A stretch of 64,000 bases of DNA from positions 124,001 through 188,000 of the forward strand of contig JAMDHS010000012.1 in NCBI GenBank assembly GCA_029717555.1, written 5' to 3'. Positions within the stretch are counted from its first letter, which is position 1; each line of letters starts with the position of its first letter. Below, piece after piece: positions 22,867-38,696 of this stretch. This DNA is from Peribolospora baueri. Lineage: Eukaryota. The translations under genes and the position numbers were made by a program. Below the pieces are notes generated by a model that worked only from the letters and a program-made list of their open reading frames with translations, did no database searches and was not told where the DNA came from.

Positions 22867-23783
22867 GGTGGATGGATGGCGAGTTGTCTGAACGATGGAT
22901 TGGGTGGGCTCGTGAGTGGCGTCGGTGTCCACACAGCACGCACGGCGCTGCACAGGGAGGGTGGCAAAAGAAAGAGGTGGCGAAGGAGGAGGTGAAAGCA
23001 AAGACGAGGGTGAGCGAGGCGACGGAGTGAATCGAGTTGCGCGCTTTTTAATGTCGCACGACTCCTCGCCGACGCCGACGCGGGCGATCGTCGGCCCAGA
23101 GTGAGGCGCGTCGGTGGCGGTGGCCTCGGCCGTGGTACTCTGTAGCTCCAAGGCGCTGGAAATGCATTACGCAAACGACTCGAGCGGGTGTGCAGAGCCT
23201 GTCGCCGCTGACGGCCCTCCGTTGGCACTCCACTCCAGCTACCAAGCTCATTACTCTTGACGCACATCGCACATGATAATGGTCGCCCTGTGGCTGAGCA
23301 CCGAGCAGAGCCACACCCCAACTGCGGTCGGACAGAAATCAGCAAGCACGGCGACGTCATCGTCCTCATCAAGCCGCAGCGCCGGGTCCGCATCGTCACA
23401 GTCGGGAGCCTCAGTCCTTCTTGGCGGCGACGGATGCGGTCGCATCGGAACGGAAATGAGGAACGCGTCATCATTCATGCCATGCTACTTTGGGTGGAAA
23501 ACACGGGGGGAGCGTCGCCGTGCCAAGGGAGACTAATTGAAGAAAAGCTGGGATGAACGGGTTCGGGTATAGCGGCACAGGGGATGGTCTCTGTGTGTGT
23601 TTTTTTGCCCTTGTTGGAGGGTGGCTAGGGCGCGCGTGACGAAGAAACGCAAGGGGAAGAAATGTGCCAAAAACCCGCAAAGTCGTCAAGTCGTCGGAAG
23701 AGGCCGTTAGAGCGAGGAGAGGAAGAGAACCGGAATGGAAGGCCATGCCGTCGACGAGCCCGCCTCGTCACTGCAAGAGAGCA

Positions 23784-26188
23784 TCAGACAACCCCTCCCC
23801 ACGCCGCCAGACCGCCCACAACGAGCCCGAGAGCGACGAGTAGCGTTCCGTAGCTGACCGTCGGTATGCCGAGCCTGGGAAGCCCGAGCGCCCACACGGC
23901 CGTGAGGATGATGTGGAAGAGCGTCAACGCGCTCCACGCAGGCGCGATGAGCGCCAAGAGGCGCCCGAGCGGGGGCGGTGGCGCGCCGCCGGGCGGGTGC
24001 GTGGACGCGGATGCGAGGGCAGAGAGCGAAACGGGTGCGGACGAAGGGGAATAAAGGGAGGAAGGGTAGATGGACGAGCGCGGAAGAAGTAGGAGTGGAG
24101 AGGACAGGAGGGAGGAGCGGAGGTAGGTCGACGACGGGTCCACGACCGATAGGCTCGTGACCGTCGAAAGCACAGGGGAGAGGACAGACCGGGCATGCGC
24201 GTATGTCGCGGTCATGAGCAACTGGGATGGAAAGAGAGTGGGTGGCATCAGCGGCGCTTCCTTGCCCATGCCCACCCATGCATTCCTAGGCAAAACTCAC
24301 TGTAAGCCCAAACCCAACCAAAGCGGCGTCCACCCTCCAAAGCGCGACCACAAAAGCGGGCACGGAAGGTAGAGGCGTGCCGTACACCTCCTCGAGGTCG
24401 TGTCTCGCCCTCATCGCGAGCAGCGCCTTCATACGCTCGTCGAGGGAGGCGCGAAGGTCGAGCAAGGACGGCGACGACAATCGTCGAAAGGAGTGCAGGC
24501 CTCGCGGAGGCGGCGCGGATGCTAGGGGCGCCAGGCGTTGCTGGCGACGCAGACGTGACCGCGCGGGCGAGACGGAAGGCGAAGACCACGACAACAACGA
24601 GGTGCACTCGCCCGCCATTCCATTTTCCTCCGCCCGCTCGGCGAAATGGCGTCCTCGACGGAGCGGACTCCTGCTCGACGCCTGCACCGCCCTTTTCCAG
24701 CGGACGTCATGTCCCACTTCCTCATCGACATCTGCCTCCGCGCCATACCCGTCCGTTTCCACTCCCGCATCCTCCTCCGTCCATTCTCCTCCCATGCCCA
24801 ACGGCTTGTCCGCTGCCGACCTCCGATCGCCGCAGGCTACCTCGAGAGCAACGGCCGCGTCCGGGTCCGCCATGTCCATGTCGTCCTGAAGTCGGAGCCG
24901 AGAAGCTGTGAGGGCGCCCGAGGTGGGCAGGACGTCGCGGTACAGCGCGAGCTGCTGGAAGGTTTGGATGACGCTGACGAGCGTCTCCGCCGTCGCCCCT
25001 GTCATCGTTAAAGGAAACGAGCGTCAGCCATGGTGCTCGCAAGATACTACAGAGGGAGACGGATCGACATCAAAACTCGGAACATCACTCACAACCGACA
25101 CCAAACCACATGGCCCTCCTGAAGGCCTGAGTGTGAACGTTCAGAGCCGTGGACGCGTGACCGTCGGGATCCGGTCGGCGATAAGTGTTCGGCCTGATGC
25201 CGAGAAGGGCGATGGCGCTCATCCTCAGCGCCTCCAATACGACCGTGTGCAACGCGACGCTCGCCAGTGTCGTCCAACTCCCGCCACTAACGTACGCCGC
25301 CGGAACGCCTTCTGCCGTCGGAGACGTCCTTCGGCTCCCGCAAAGCCGGGGAAGCATGGAAGAAGTCCAAGCGACGACCTCGTAAACCGGCCCTCGGAGC
25401 GTGAACGAGACGAGCCACGCCGCCATCCCAACGAGAAGGTCTCTGCCGTAGATAGGGTAAGGATAACGTGGCCTCCCTGTGGGTGTCTTGTCTTCTTCTG
25501 GAGCGGGTAAAGGTGGCCATCCAAAAATTGCAAGAAGGGCGAGTCCTACGAGGACGAGGAAGGGCAGGGGAAGAGCGAGGAGGTGCATGCGGATGAGACG
25601 TGGATAAGGGATGGAGAGGAGCGAGTCGTCGCTCGAGCTACTGGCGTCAGTGCTGGATGTTGAGGTCAAGACGCTCCGCCGAGACGAGGAAGACGCGGAC
25701 CTCCTTTCCGGCCCTGCACTGCTCTTTCCTGACGACCTCCGCGAGCGCGGACGAGGATACGAAGCTGTCGGAACGACGCGAGTGGGCGAGATGGATGTCG
25801 ATGCAGGGATGGTGGAGAGTGGTTCAAAGCGATCCTTGCCCTTTGACGCTCTTCTGTTCGAGTGAGAAAAGAGGTGTCCCACCCCTGAAGCATCTTCCAT
25901 TCGTGGCCGTCGGCGCCCTCTCCAGCCGCCGCCTTCCGAGACGTCGCTATCTGCCTCGCCCGGCTCGCCCTCCCCCGCTACGCCCGCCGTTCGATCATCA
26001 ACAGTAACCTGGTCAAGGTCGGCTGCGCGCATGGCCATCGACGCTAAAGGCCCGTGTCCGCCATGCTCGTCCTCATTCGCGCCGTTTGTCTCAACGCCGA
26101 GTGCGCCGTACTGGGTGTAGGCGGGTCCAGGATCTCGTCGCCGTCGATTCGCAGTGACGGCCGCAAAGAGAGAGGCAAAAGGGGGCAT
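23784..26188 (-). CDS. Hypothetical multi-pass membrane protein, multi-exon
   Basis: ORFs 26188-25085, 25005-24286 and 24293-23784 are linked by plausible GT-AG introns. Several hydrophobic segments are present (LLALPLPFLVLVGLALLAIFGW; YGTLLVALGLVVGGLAAWGGVV). Family not recognised. Confidence 0.65.
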
Positions 26189-26659
26189 TAAAACGCAAGA
26201 GAAATGAAAAGGGGGGGCCTTTTGCCACTGGAGAGGTAGACTAGGAAAAGAAGTGAGAGAACCGAAGCATGTCGAACACCGCGATAGAGGAAAGCTTGGG
26301 GATGTCGGACGCTGATATCTCATTCCAGCTGATCAGCCGCCCGCTGACTGCGGCGCCCTCGTACAGAGTACAAGTACAGGTATACTCAGCCTGGCGTATA
26401 TGCTGCGCTCCGAAGGCCGTCCAAGTCCGCCGCCGACATCATCATTCAACTGCTCTGGCGTTACCTCCAACCTCCGTCTTCCTTCGTCGTCGGTTCCCGT
26501 TGGTCGTCGCATTCCACCCCCACGGAAGCGACGCATTGTCTGGGCCTGTCAAGTGTCCTTGGACGCTGGCCGTCGACAGTGGAGCTCACGTCTTGTGCTG
26601 ATCGGGGCGCTCAGACTGCCTGCCAGCTTGCTCGCCCTCGTAAACCGCAAGGTTGAACC

Positions 26660-29600
26660 ATGTCGACGTGAGTACTTAGTCTCCCTCAACACAACGAAGC
26701 AGACAGTGGTCGAGGACCCATACCAGTTGATTTCCTCTAACCTGCTCCCACATCTGTTTCGTGTCTACTCGTGCGGCTCCGTGCCCTACTTACAGCTACG
26801 AGAAAGTCGTCAAGGCGGCCACCAAGCCCAAACACGCGCCGCCCAAGGCAAAGTACATCGACCCCATCCTCGCCGCCACTTTTTCACATGATGGAAGTTT
26901 ACAGGACATTTGCAAGGCGCTCTCAGCGCGCTTGCGGGAGCCGAACGTTACGGTGAGTTCACCGTATTTGCCGTCATCGGTGTCTGTGCAGGAGTGCTCT
27001 GGCTTTTCCTTTGCACCTTTCCGGCATCCTGATATCTTGCCCCGTCCTGTTCATCTGATTGACAGGTCGTCTTCAAATCGCTCATTGTTCTTCACACGAT
27101 GATCCGCAACGGCTCCTGCGAGAATGTGCTTGGCTATCTGGCCTCGGAAGCGCATAGTCTTAGACTCAAGGCTGTAGTATCAGGGTCGTGGTCGGGTAGG
27201 TGTCCACCGGACAACGTCCAAGCACTGTTTTCGTCTGTCAGTCGCTCACTGTTTTCTACTCCCCCTCTCCTCCCAGGCTACGCCCCGCCAGCGAACATCT
27301 CCTTTTACGCCAAGTACCTCGACGAGCGCATCCGGGCTTTCCGCGAGCTCCGACACGACGTCATTCGCGACCGAGCGGAGTCGTCACGCTTGTCATCCCG
27401 CGTCAACGGGTACGATGGCGATGAAGGGACGAGCAACCGTCTGCGACGGCTCACCGTCGAGAAAGGCTTGGTACGGGAGGTTGCGGTCCTACAGAAAGTT
27501 TGCGATAGTCTGGTCGAGTGCAAGGTGGGGGCCCGGGTCCCGTTCAAGGCATGATTCGTCGTGTCTGGGTCGTCGTGGTGATGAGCTCACGTAGTCGACC
27601 CCTCGTCATCCTGTCATCCCGCTGCGGCGCAGTTCTTCATGGACGACATCGAAGACGACGTGACTTTGACCGCCTTCCGCATGGTGCTCAAGGACCTGCT
27701 GGCCTTGTTCACCGCCCTGAACGAAGGCGTCATTAACATCCTCGGTAAGCCGTTGCCATTGACCTGGTCACAAACGCTCCGTGCTTGCGCTGACCATTCT
27801 CTACCCAAAACTTGGTCTGGATAGAGCATTACTTTGAAATGTCTCACGTCGACGCGACGCGGGCACTCGATATCTACAAGAGGTTCTGTCGCCAGACCGA
27901 AAAGGTCGTGGGCTACTTCACTTTCGCTAAGAACATGCATACTACCATCAACGTGGCCATTCCGAACTTGAAACACGTAAGTACCCAGATTTAGTCACAG
28001 TCCATGTAGGTGGGATGCCTCGAGCTGATTGCAATGCGTGACTTTCCTCGCGCTGCAATAGGCCCCTGTGTCCCTTGGCAAAGCGCTCCAAGAGTACCTG
28101 GACGACCCGAACTTTGAGCAGAACCGATCGGAATACAAGGAGAACAAGAAGGTCTCTGACAAGGCTTCTTCGCGCGGCAGCGGCCCTAGCACGAGCGCTA
28201 CGGCGGCAAGTAGCGAGAGGGCTGCAGCTGTTAAGGCCGCGAATGCTGCGTCGAAGAGGGGTGAGTCGCGCACAAAGAGCCACCTTAGGCCTTGCTAGTC
28301 ACCTTGTGGTCTAATGAGCCCTTGCCGTTCGTCTCCGAGCAGTAACGATTGCCGAGCCGGAAAAGCCGGTACGAACAAATACTTCCAAGACTGCGCCGAG
28401 CTCGAACAAGGAGCTGGTCGACTTTTTCACGTCCATCGAGAGTGAACAGACGGACATGTTCAATCCTGCTGGCCAGCCGAATCTACAGCCCCAAATGACA
28501 GGCTTCACAGGCGGCGCAAACGCATTTAATCCGTTCGGGATGGGAATGGGGCCAGCGGGTCTGCAGCCCCAGATAACGGGAGTACCGTTCGGTGGCGGCG
28601 TGCAGCCTCAAATGACGGGCTTCCAGGGGCAGTCCCCGTTCGTGCAGCCTCAACAGACCGGCTTCCCAATGCAACAGCAGCACCATCCCATGCAGATGCC
28701 ATTTTCTGGCGTTGTCCAGCCTCAGCCAACGGGCTTTAACCCTTTCCGTCAAAGCATGATGCCGACCGGCATGGGCATGAGCATGGGAGGGAGCTCCCCG
28801 TTCGGCGTCAGTCCTTTCAGCCCATCTACCCCCAACTCAGCTCCGCCAACTGGTTTCCAGCAACCGCAACAAACGGGCGCGACCACTGGGGCGTCCCTCT
28901 TCGGAGCCTTTGGTGGTGGCGCTTCCAACAGCCCGCAGACGTCCGGGTTGGTCACTTCTCCATTTAGCGCCGCCCCGCCGTCTATGCCTGCGCAACCCGC
29001 CATCTCCTCGTCGGCCCCAGCTTCTGCATCTGGTGCGCCCGGTGGAACCTCCACGCCCGCCCTCCAACCGCAAAAGACTGGATCTCGAAACCCGTTCAAC
29101 CCGCCGCCCGGGGAGACTCCTCCGCCTCCTCCGCCGCCGACGAGTACCGGCCCGAGCTTGAACGACTTGGCGATGAACGCGTTTAGCGGTGGACAAGGGC
29201 AAGGACATGGTGCCTTTGGTGGGCAGCAGCAGACGCCATCGTCTTCGGCGCTCGCGTCTCAGAAGACAGGAATGGGGGCGAGTCTATTTGGGCAACCAAC
29301 AGGGATGGGGTCGAGTCTGTTCGGCCAGCCGACTGGGGCCCCGCAGGCGTGGCCATCGTCATCAGCATCGGCGCTTGGGCCTCAGCAGACAGGTATGGGG
29401 GCGAGTCTCTTTGGGCAGCCAACTGCCTTGGGAACGGGGTTGTCGCCGGCGTCCGGGCTTCCACCTCGTCCTGCCTCTGCGGCTCAAGCGCAGCAGACAC
29501 CCTCGGCCGCGCCATCGTTGACGCCTCACAAGACGGGCATCCCAAGCGCCACCAGCAACTTCTTCTTCTCTCGGCCTGTGGCTTCGCCTATGCCTGGCTC

Positions 29601-30291
29601 GAGCATGGCTCCTGCAACGTCGTCAGCGCTGGCAGGTCTCTCCACTCCGCCCTCTCTGGCTGCGGGCGCCGGCGCGTCTTCCCTCAATCCCTTGACTGCC
29701 CAGCCTACCGGCTTCGCCGGAAGCAGCGTACGTCCTTTCAAGCCGACGAGCGATTTCGGTGCCTCCCTCGTGACCGACCAGAGCTTGTCGTCCGGCTCAG
29801 CTCCTGCTGCCTCCGCTGCTGGACCTCAGCCGCCCTCCATGACCCTAGCGCCTCAGAAGACGGGTATGGCGAGCATAGCAAGCGAGTTCGTCTTTTCTCG
29901 GCCTGGGACATCAGCGACCACACTAAGGACGAGTCCTAACCCTTCTACATCGTCAGCTATCGCCGGTCTCTCGTCTCTCTCCATCTCCACGGCCTCTCCA
30001 GCTCCTTTTTCTGCAATCACGACCACGTCTACGCCCTTCTCTGCGCCCACATCTGCGCCCTCACTGGTAGCTGGCACTGCCTCTCCTTTGACCACCCAGC
30101 CGACAGGTTTCGCGGGCAGCGGCATACGTCCCTTCCAGCCAACGTCTAGCTTTGGAGCATCGCTCGTCGCCAGCCATGGTCTCGGAAGTCCACCGGTCAC
30201 GAGCTCTGCTCCCGCATCTTCGTCCGCTCCTACGGGCGCGATGAACGCGAATGGGGGATCGTCCGCGTTTGGAACGTCCGTACTTTTCTGA
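26660..30291 (+). CDS. ANTH-domain clathrin assembly adaptor (AP180/CALM/Yap180-like), multi-exon
   Basis: An 8-nt first exon leads into YEKVVKAATKPK.APPKAKYIDPIL, then VVFKSLIVLHTMIRNG, YAKYLDERIRAFREL, LRRLTVEKGLVREV, LFTALNEGVINILEHYFEMS and LQEYLDDPNFE. The disordered tail has NPF motifs and many QxTG repeats. Confidence 0.92.
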
Positions 30292-30678
30292 GGTGGGACA
30301 ATGTAACCCTGTCTAAACTCTTCATCTGCATGCGCCGTCGGACTCTGTAAGCTCGGAGGTGAAGAAGCCCGAACTGCCGGACGATCCAGGTGGGCGGCCG
30401 CAAAGGTGGAGACCTGATGGCCTTCTTTCAGTCTTTGTCTGAACTTCCTGTGCGATAATAGATTCTCGTCTTCCTCCGTCTTGGTTTTCTTTCGGTGCAC
30501 ATCGACCCGCTTCCGATTTGTCAGATGTCAGTTACCCTTAGGACACTTGCCTAAAATTACGTTCATATTCGTTTCGCTGCCTTTCCATGCTTCCGAAACG
30601 GTTCATTCCTTGGTGGATGAAAAAAAGACATTTGAAACGAACTAAGGTCATGGACGAAGTACTTGGCGGGACACGGCA

Positions 30679-33600
30679 TCAGTCATACTCCATCATCATC
30701 GTCCGTCTCCTCTCTTCCATTTCCTCCTCCGTCATCTCATACCCATCATATTCATCTGCCATCATCGTCTGGCTCGCCCCTTCCTCCTTCCCGTCCGCCA
30801 CTCCATCTCCATCTCCGCCATCTTCTCCCAGCTCCCACACGCCTTTCTTCCCCTCCCGCTTCTTGTCCACGGACTTTGACATATTTCGAGGTGGAGGAGG
30901 CCTGATATTAGAGTGCAAGCTGGGGACGCGGAGGTTGCGGGACAGGCCTGGCCTGCGCACGTTGGTGGGGCTGCCGTATTTGGTGGTGAGGAGGGTACCT
31001 AGAGTGCGTTTCCGCGTAGCGAGATTGGCGAGTCTGCTGGTTGGGGTGGTGGGGTCGGTTGTGGACGGGCAGACAGCGGTCTTCATTGAAGGTTTGACGG
31101 GAGAAAGGGAAGAAGGGCAGGTCGAGAGGGGAACGCTTTCCTACAGGTGCATATGCGTACGGTGAACGAAGAAGTGTGAGATAAACTTCCAAAATGATCT
31201 ACGCCTCAAACATACCTTGTCCAGTTCAACTTCATGTTCCAACTCGTTTCGCTTCTTCTGAGACCTTGAAGGCTGAACGTGAACGTTCCGGTTGTCACTC
31301 TTGTCATGGAGATCTTGCTCAACCCCATCCACCTCACTTTCGCCATCCACCTCTTCGCTGCCCTTGCCTGCGCCATCGGCCTTAGCCTGATCATGAGAAA
31401 CCTCTTCAGTGGGCTCTGACACCTCTTGGTCCGATCTTTGGGTGCTCTCCCGCGTTGTGGACCGACGCATCTTCGTGGCCGCCAGTCCTTTCTTGACCCT
31501 GGTCTTGGGCTTGCGTTTCGCGGGTGAAGGGTTTCCCTCCTCTTCCGCTCCACCTTCCTCCGCACCATGGACAGAGGGTCCGCCTTCAGCTTCCTCATAT
31601 AAGTGACTCCTCTTAACCTTCCTTGTGGACTTCTCCACCGGTACAGAGGCGGGAGACGAGTGCGACCGCTTGGCCAATTGGCTTCTTCGTGGCACTTCCA
31701 CTGATATCGGCGCCCACGGCCCAGAGGTTGGGGAATAGTGGTACGTCTTGGTGATATCGTCCTTATTGTTATGTGCAGACCTTGAGGTGGTCGCTTTTTC
31801 CTCCTCGACGGGAGGGCCTCGCTGGGCCAATCCGCCATCACGTTCGCCACCATCGTTGCCCCCGTTATCTACGAGCCAGAACTCGTCATCGTCAAAATGA
31901 CTCGAGCGTGCCACCTCCTCGGAGGACCTGGCCATTTTTGTCCCGTCGAAGTGTACTTTGCTTATTGAAGACGAACTCCTAGCGATGCTGGCCAGCGGTA
32001 GTCTTTTGCCCAACTCTCCATCGACATCCCCGTCCGTCTTTGGCGAGCTGGATCTCACCGATGCTATGATGCGAGGTCCAGAAGGTGGAGATGGAGGGGA
32101 GAGGGACTCACCATCATCCGAGATAACAATCGGTACGTTCTTTGCCTTTTTCTTGGACTTCCCGGGGCAGTCTGCCTGTCGTGTTGACCGCATAGGTGAC
32201 GCGAGTGACCGAGCATTTCGACCTTCTTCCACGTCTTCTTCCTCGACTTTACCCTTCTTGCCGTCTCTCCTCTGCTCCTTCGACGCCCTCCTTCTCGATT
32301 TTGCTGCCTTGCCCTTCCTCTTGGCGGAGCCTGATGCACTTTTGCGCCTTGATCGAGAAGCCACAAAATCCTCATCTTCAGGGTCCGACCACGGCGCCGG
32401 GACCGGTGTCGGGGCCGGAGACGACGAGCGGTGATCACAAGCGTTGCCAGTTGTCTTCCGACGTGATAAATGCTCGTCTGCGATGGCGAAAGGATGCGAA
32501 CCGGTACGACGTCGTTTGGAAGGCGGGAAAGGCGACGTTTTGCAAGAGTCTGAGAGTTCACCAGCGCGTTCCCGAAGTCCCTCGTCAAGTTGGCTGCCGA
32601 GCCGGACGATCGGTCGGTTTCCACTCGCATTCAAGCCGCTTCCTTCAGCTTCCACGTCTTCCATGCTTTCTTCCTTGTTTGGCCATCCGGTGTCATCTCT
32701 TTGAGAAGAAGTCACAGCGCTGTCGGTTGAAGCGGGGTAGGAGGACAATTTAAGATCGGGTTTGAGACGCGAGCCAGACGAAGAAATATGGGATTCCGAC
32801 GCGCACATTTCTGCACTTGTATCGCCATGTTCGGCCGGAGTGAGTGGAGTGGTTCGTTGACCGGCGGTGCTGCAAACGGTGGCGGGTTCAGTTGGTGTGC
32901 CGGTTGCTGCGACGGTGGGAACAAGCGACTGAGTGGTGGTTGTGAGAAAGAAATCTAACAAGAATTATGAAAGCATTCGAACGTAATTTGTGTTCAGCAG
33001 TAGAAGAGAAGGGTAGGAGTTGGCCGCCGGATGAGCATGAAAGTGCTCGTAGAAACCGTCAATCAGCGCATATACTCACCGTCCCCGGCTTGCTCCAACT
33101 CGGCCGCGCCTTCGTCCTCGCTGTCGAGGATGACCGCGTCTGACCGAACGGGTTTCTTGCTTTGCCTTCTTTCTTCTCTGCGCCCCTCGGACTTCTCCGT
33201 CGGACATTCAGCCGAATGCCCCATTGCCGGCGCTTGACCACCAATGCCCGCGAGCTGAGCCACCTTCATCGCCTCGGACAAGTCAAAGCTCGAAAGGCTG
33301 CTCTTATCCGACACGTGTAACCTACTACCTTCACTGTCATTGTCTCTCGCCGAGCCGACCTCCATCTGTCCTTCTACTCCTTTCAGCGAAGTTCGAGCCT
33401 CGTCCGGGCTTTCGCTCGATTCGGCGGCGAGATGAGAGTGCCCGATGGCGTGTGCGATCACGTCGTCGTCAGAGCGGGAAGATGGACGTATGAAGCTGAA
33501 AGAATAGTGAAGGGCGTTCGGCGGAGGGTCACTGCCATTTATACCGCGAGAAGAGGAAGGGTGCGTTTGCCTTTGTTCAAGTGGATTGTCCCGAGCGGGA

Positions 33601-33823
33601 CTGTCGACGAGTGCTTGAGCGATCGTTGAAGGGGTAAGCGTGGCGCTGACGCGGTGGGTGTCATGGCCATTGCTCTCGGACAAAAGCAGCGCGTGCTCGA
33701 GCTCGGCAGCTTCGCGGCGTAGGGACATGGATATGGAAGGTAAAAGAGATGGAAGAATGTGCGTACGAGCTGGCTGCGTCGCTCAAACTGGCTGTTCATT
33801 AGCGATCGGCGGCGCGTCCTCAT
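30679..33823 (-). CDS. Hypothetical disordered nuclear protein with a C-terminal RxGLSR..RVxxLH motif, multi-exon
   Basis: Long low-complexity ORFs (33728-33063 and 32961-31141) with K/R clusters. A GTATGT donor near 31215 and a TAG acceptor near 31141 join the last exon (frame of 31086-30679). The 5' end is uncertain. Confidence 0.6.
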
Positions 33824-34511
33824 TTACGCGTCCAGACGCGTGACGACGTCTAATCATCTTGTCCCGAGCGTCTGTGACATTGACACCAACACGCGCCGGG
33901 AGCAGCACATTTACGAACTGCTCTATCAGGTCCTAGTCCCTCTCGTTCCCATCTCATACGAGGTACGTGATGGCCGTGGTCGTGACACTCTCGCCTGTAT
34001 ACGCACCTGATTTTGCGTCGTGACCGTGTAAGCAGGGCTCCACTGGGCTCTCGGTAAAATGCGCTAAATTCCGCCGTTCACCGTTCACCGTTTCCCAGGT
34101 CCACCACGTGGCGATGTTGCAATGATCGCGATTGCGTGCTCGGCCGCAGCTTTGTAGTGGAACGGAGATAACTAGGTACGCACCTCGCCCATGAAGACAG
34201 CCGGCGGATGCGAAGGGGGCGCCAGACAGACAGACAGGCGGTTTGCTTCGTCTTCGAATCGGGACGTTTCGGTGGATGCAGAGCCGATGCCGATGACCGA
34301 ACTGAAAAGCCGGGAGGCGAGTTAGGCCGAGGAAAGCGGCCACGTCCCGGACAGAAGAAAAGCTGGTTCGCATTCGTTCCTTCACCCAAGAAATCTCTCG
34401 CCCCTCCTGTTCTCTCCCACTTTCCCTCGTCCATCTCCCCTCTCATCTCCATTCCGTAGACCTTGAAGACCCGCTCTCCTCTCCCTCCTTCATCTATTGT
34501 CCTCCTGTTAG

Positions 34512-37472
<2,961 letters not shown>

Positions 37473-38696
37473 TGGGCGGGACGTTCGGACCACCGGCTGG
37501 GATGTATGGCTGACTGGCTGCCGCATTTCGTCGGTACACCCCGTCCTTCGCTCGTCGTCATCTTCGGCATCCATTCTTTCTCACACACGGAAAATGTTAT
37601 AGTCTCGTCCCATGGAAGAGCGCAGACAGATAGTCGATCGAACGGCTCCAGCGGCTCGTCTCGCCTGCCGAGTTTGACCGCTGTGCAGGCCTATGGCGCG
37701 ACATGGGGGAACTTAGCTATCTATCTGATCTGTCCGTCTCGGCGGCTTACATAGATTGCATGGCATAACGGAGTGCATTTGCCAAATCTCGATACCATCC
37801 GTCCGTCCGTCCGTCCGTCTGAATTCTTCGTTGAGCGCTCATGCCATACGTACTCGATGCCGCCCCTCCTTGACCGGAAAAAAAGAAAAGGAGAAAATCG
37901 ATCGCCCCAAAGGTTTCTCGAAGCGAGCGGCGGCCTTTGCCCATCATGTCGCCGGATGCTTATCCTCGTGCCCGCAGCCTTCTTTTACGCCAGTCCCTCC
38001 GCCTCCGCCGACCGACACTGCCTTGGCCTAGGCCTCCGCCTCCGCTCCCTCCCGCCCGCACGTCGTTGGCTCTTCCTGGCAGCCCACCACGCGCTTAGGA
38101 GCCGTGCCCTTGCACCTTTTGCACCTCGCAATCCGATCCGACTCGCCGCGGCGCTTTCTTCCCCCGCCCTTCTGCCTTGTCCATCACGGATGAAAGCAGC
38201 GTAGACACTCGCTCGTCCCAATGCAATGAACACGTCTCGACTCGCCCCTCCAGAGTGGGTGCATGTTGCGCCACGAAAATCTCGGAGCCCCGTTCGAGCG
38301 GACGACGCCCTGACGTGCAGGACTGCTCAACCATTGTATCCTTCGACGACCGTCCCGTCCCCGAGGCCGGCGCGGCTCCGTGCGACGCCGCATGCTGACG
38401 CCGCCAAGCGAACGCCTGCATTTCTTCTGCCTTGGCGTCGCTTTGCCTTTTTCCTCGACCCGACCAGTCGTCGTCGCCGCGCTGGACGCAGGTGGATGGA
38501 TATAAACTGGTCTGTCCGGCCCCGTTCAAACTGGCCGACCCTTCCGCCTTTCCCTCCTCTCCATAGACGTCCTTCCAAAGGACCAGTCAGCTTTGCCTCG
38601 TCTCGTGCGTCGGCTCAGACAACCCTTCTCTTTCCTCCTCTTCCTCCTCTTTTCTTCCCCTTGGCCCCACCAGCAGAATACCCTTACCTGAACACG

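Noticed and set aside
34104..34122. CCACGTGG and ATGTTGCAAT upstream of MET3 (Cbf1- or Cys3-like sites)
   Set aside because: Short and imperfect motifs that cannot be supported without comparative data.
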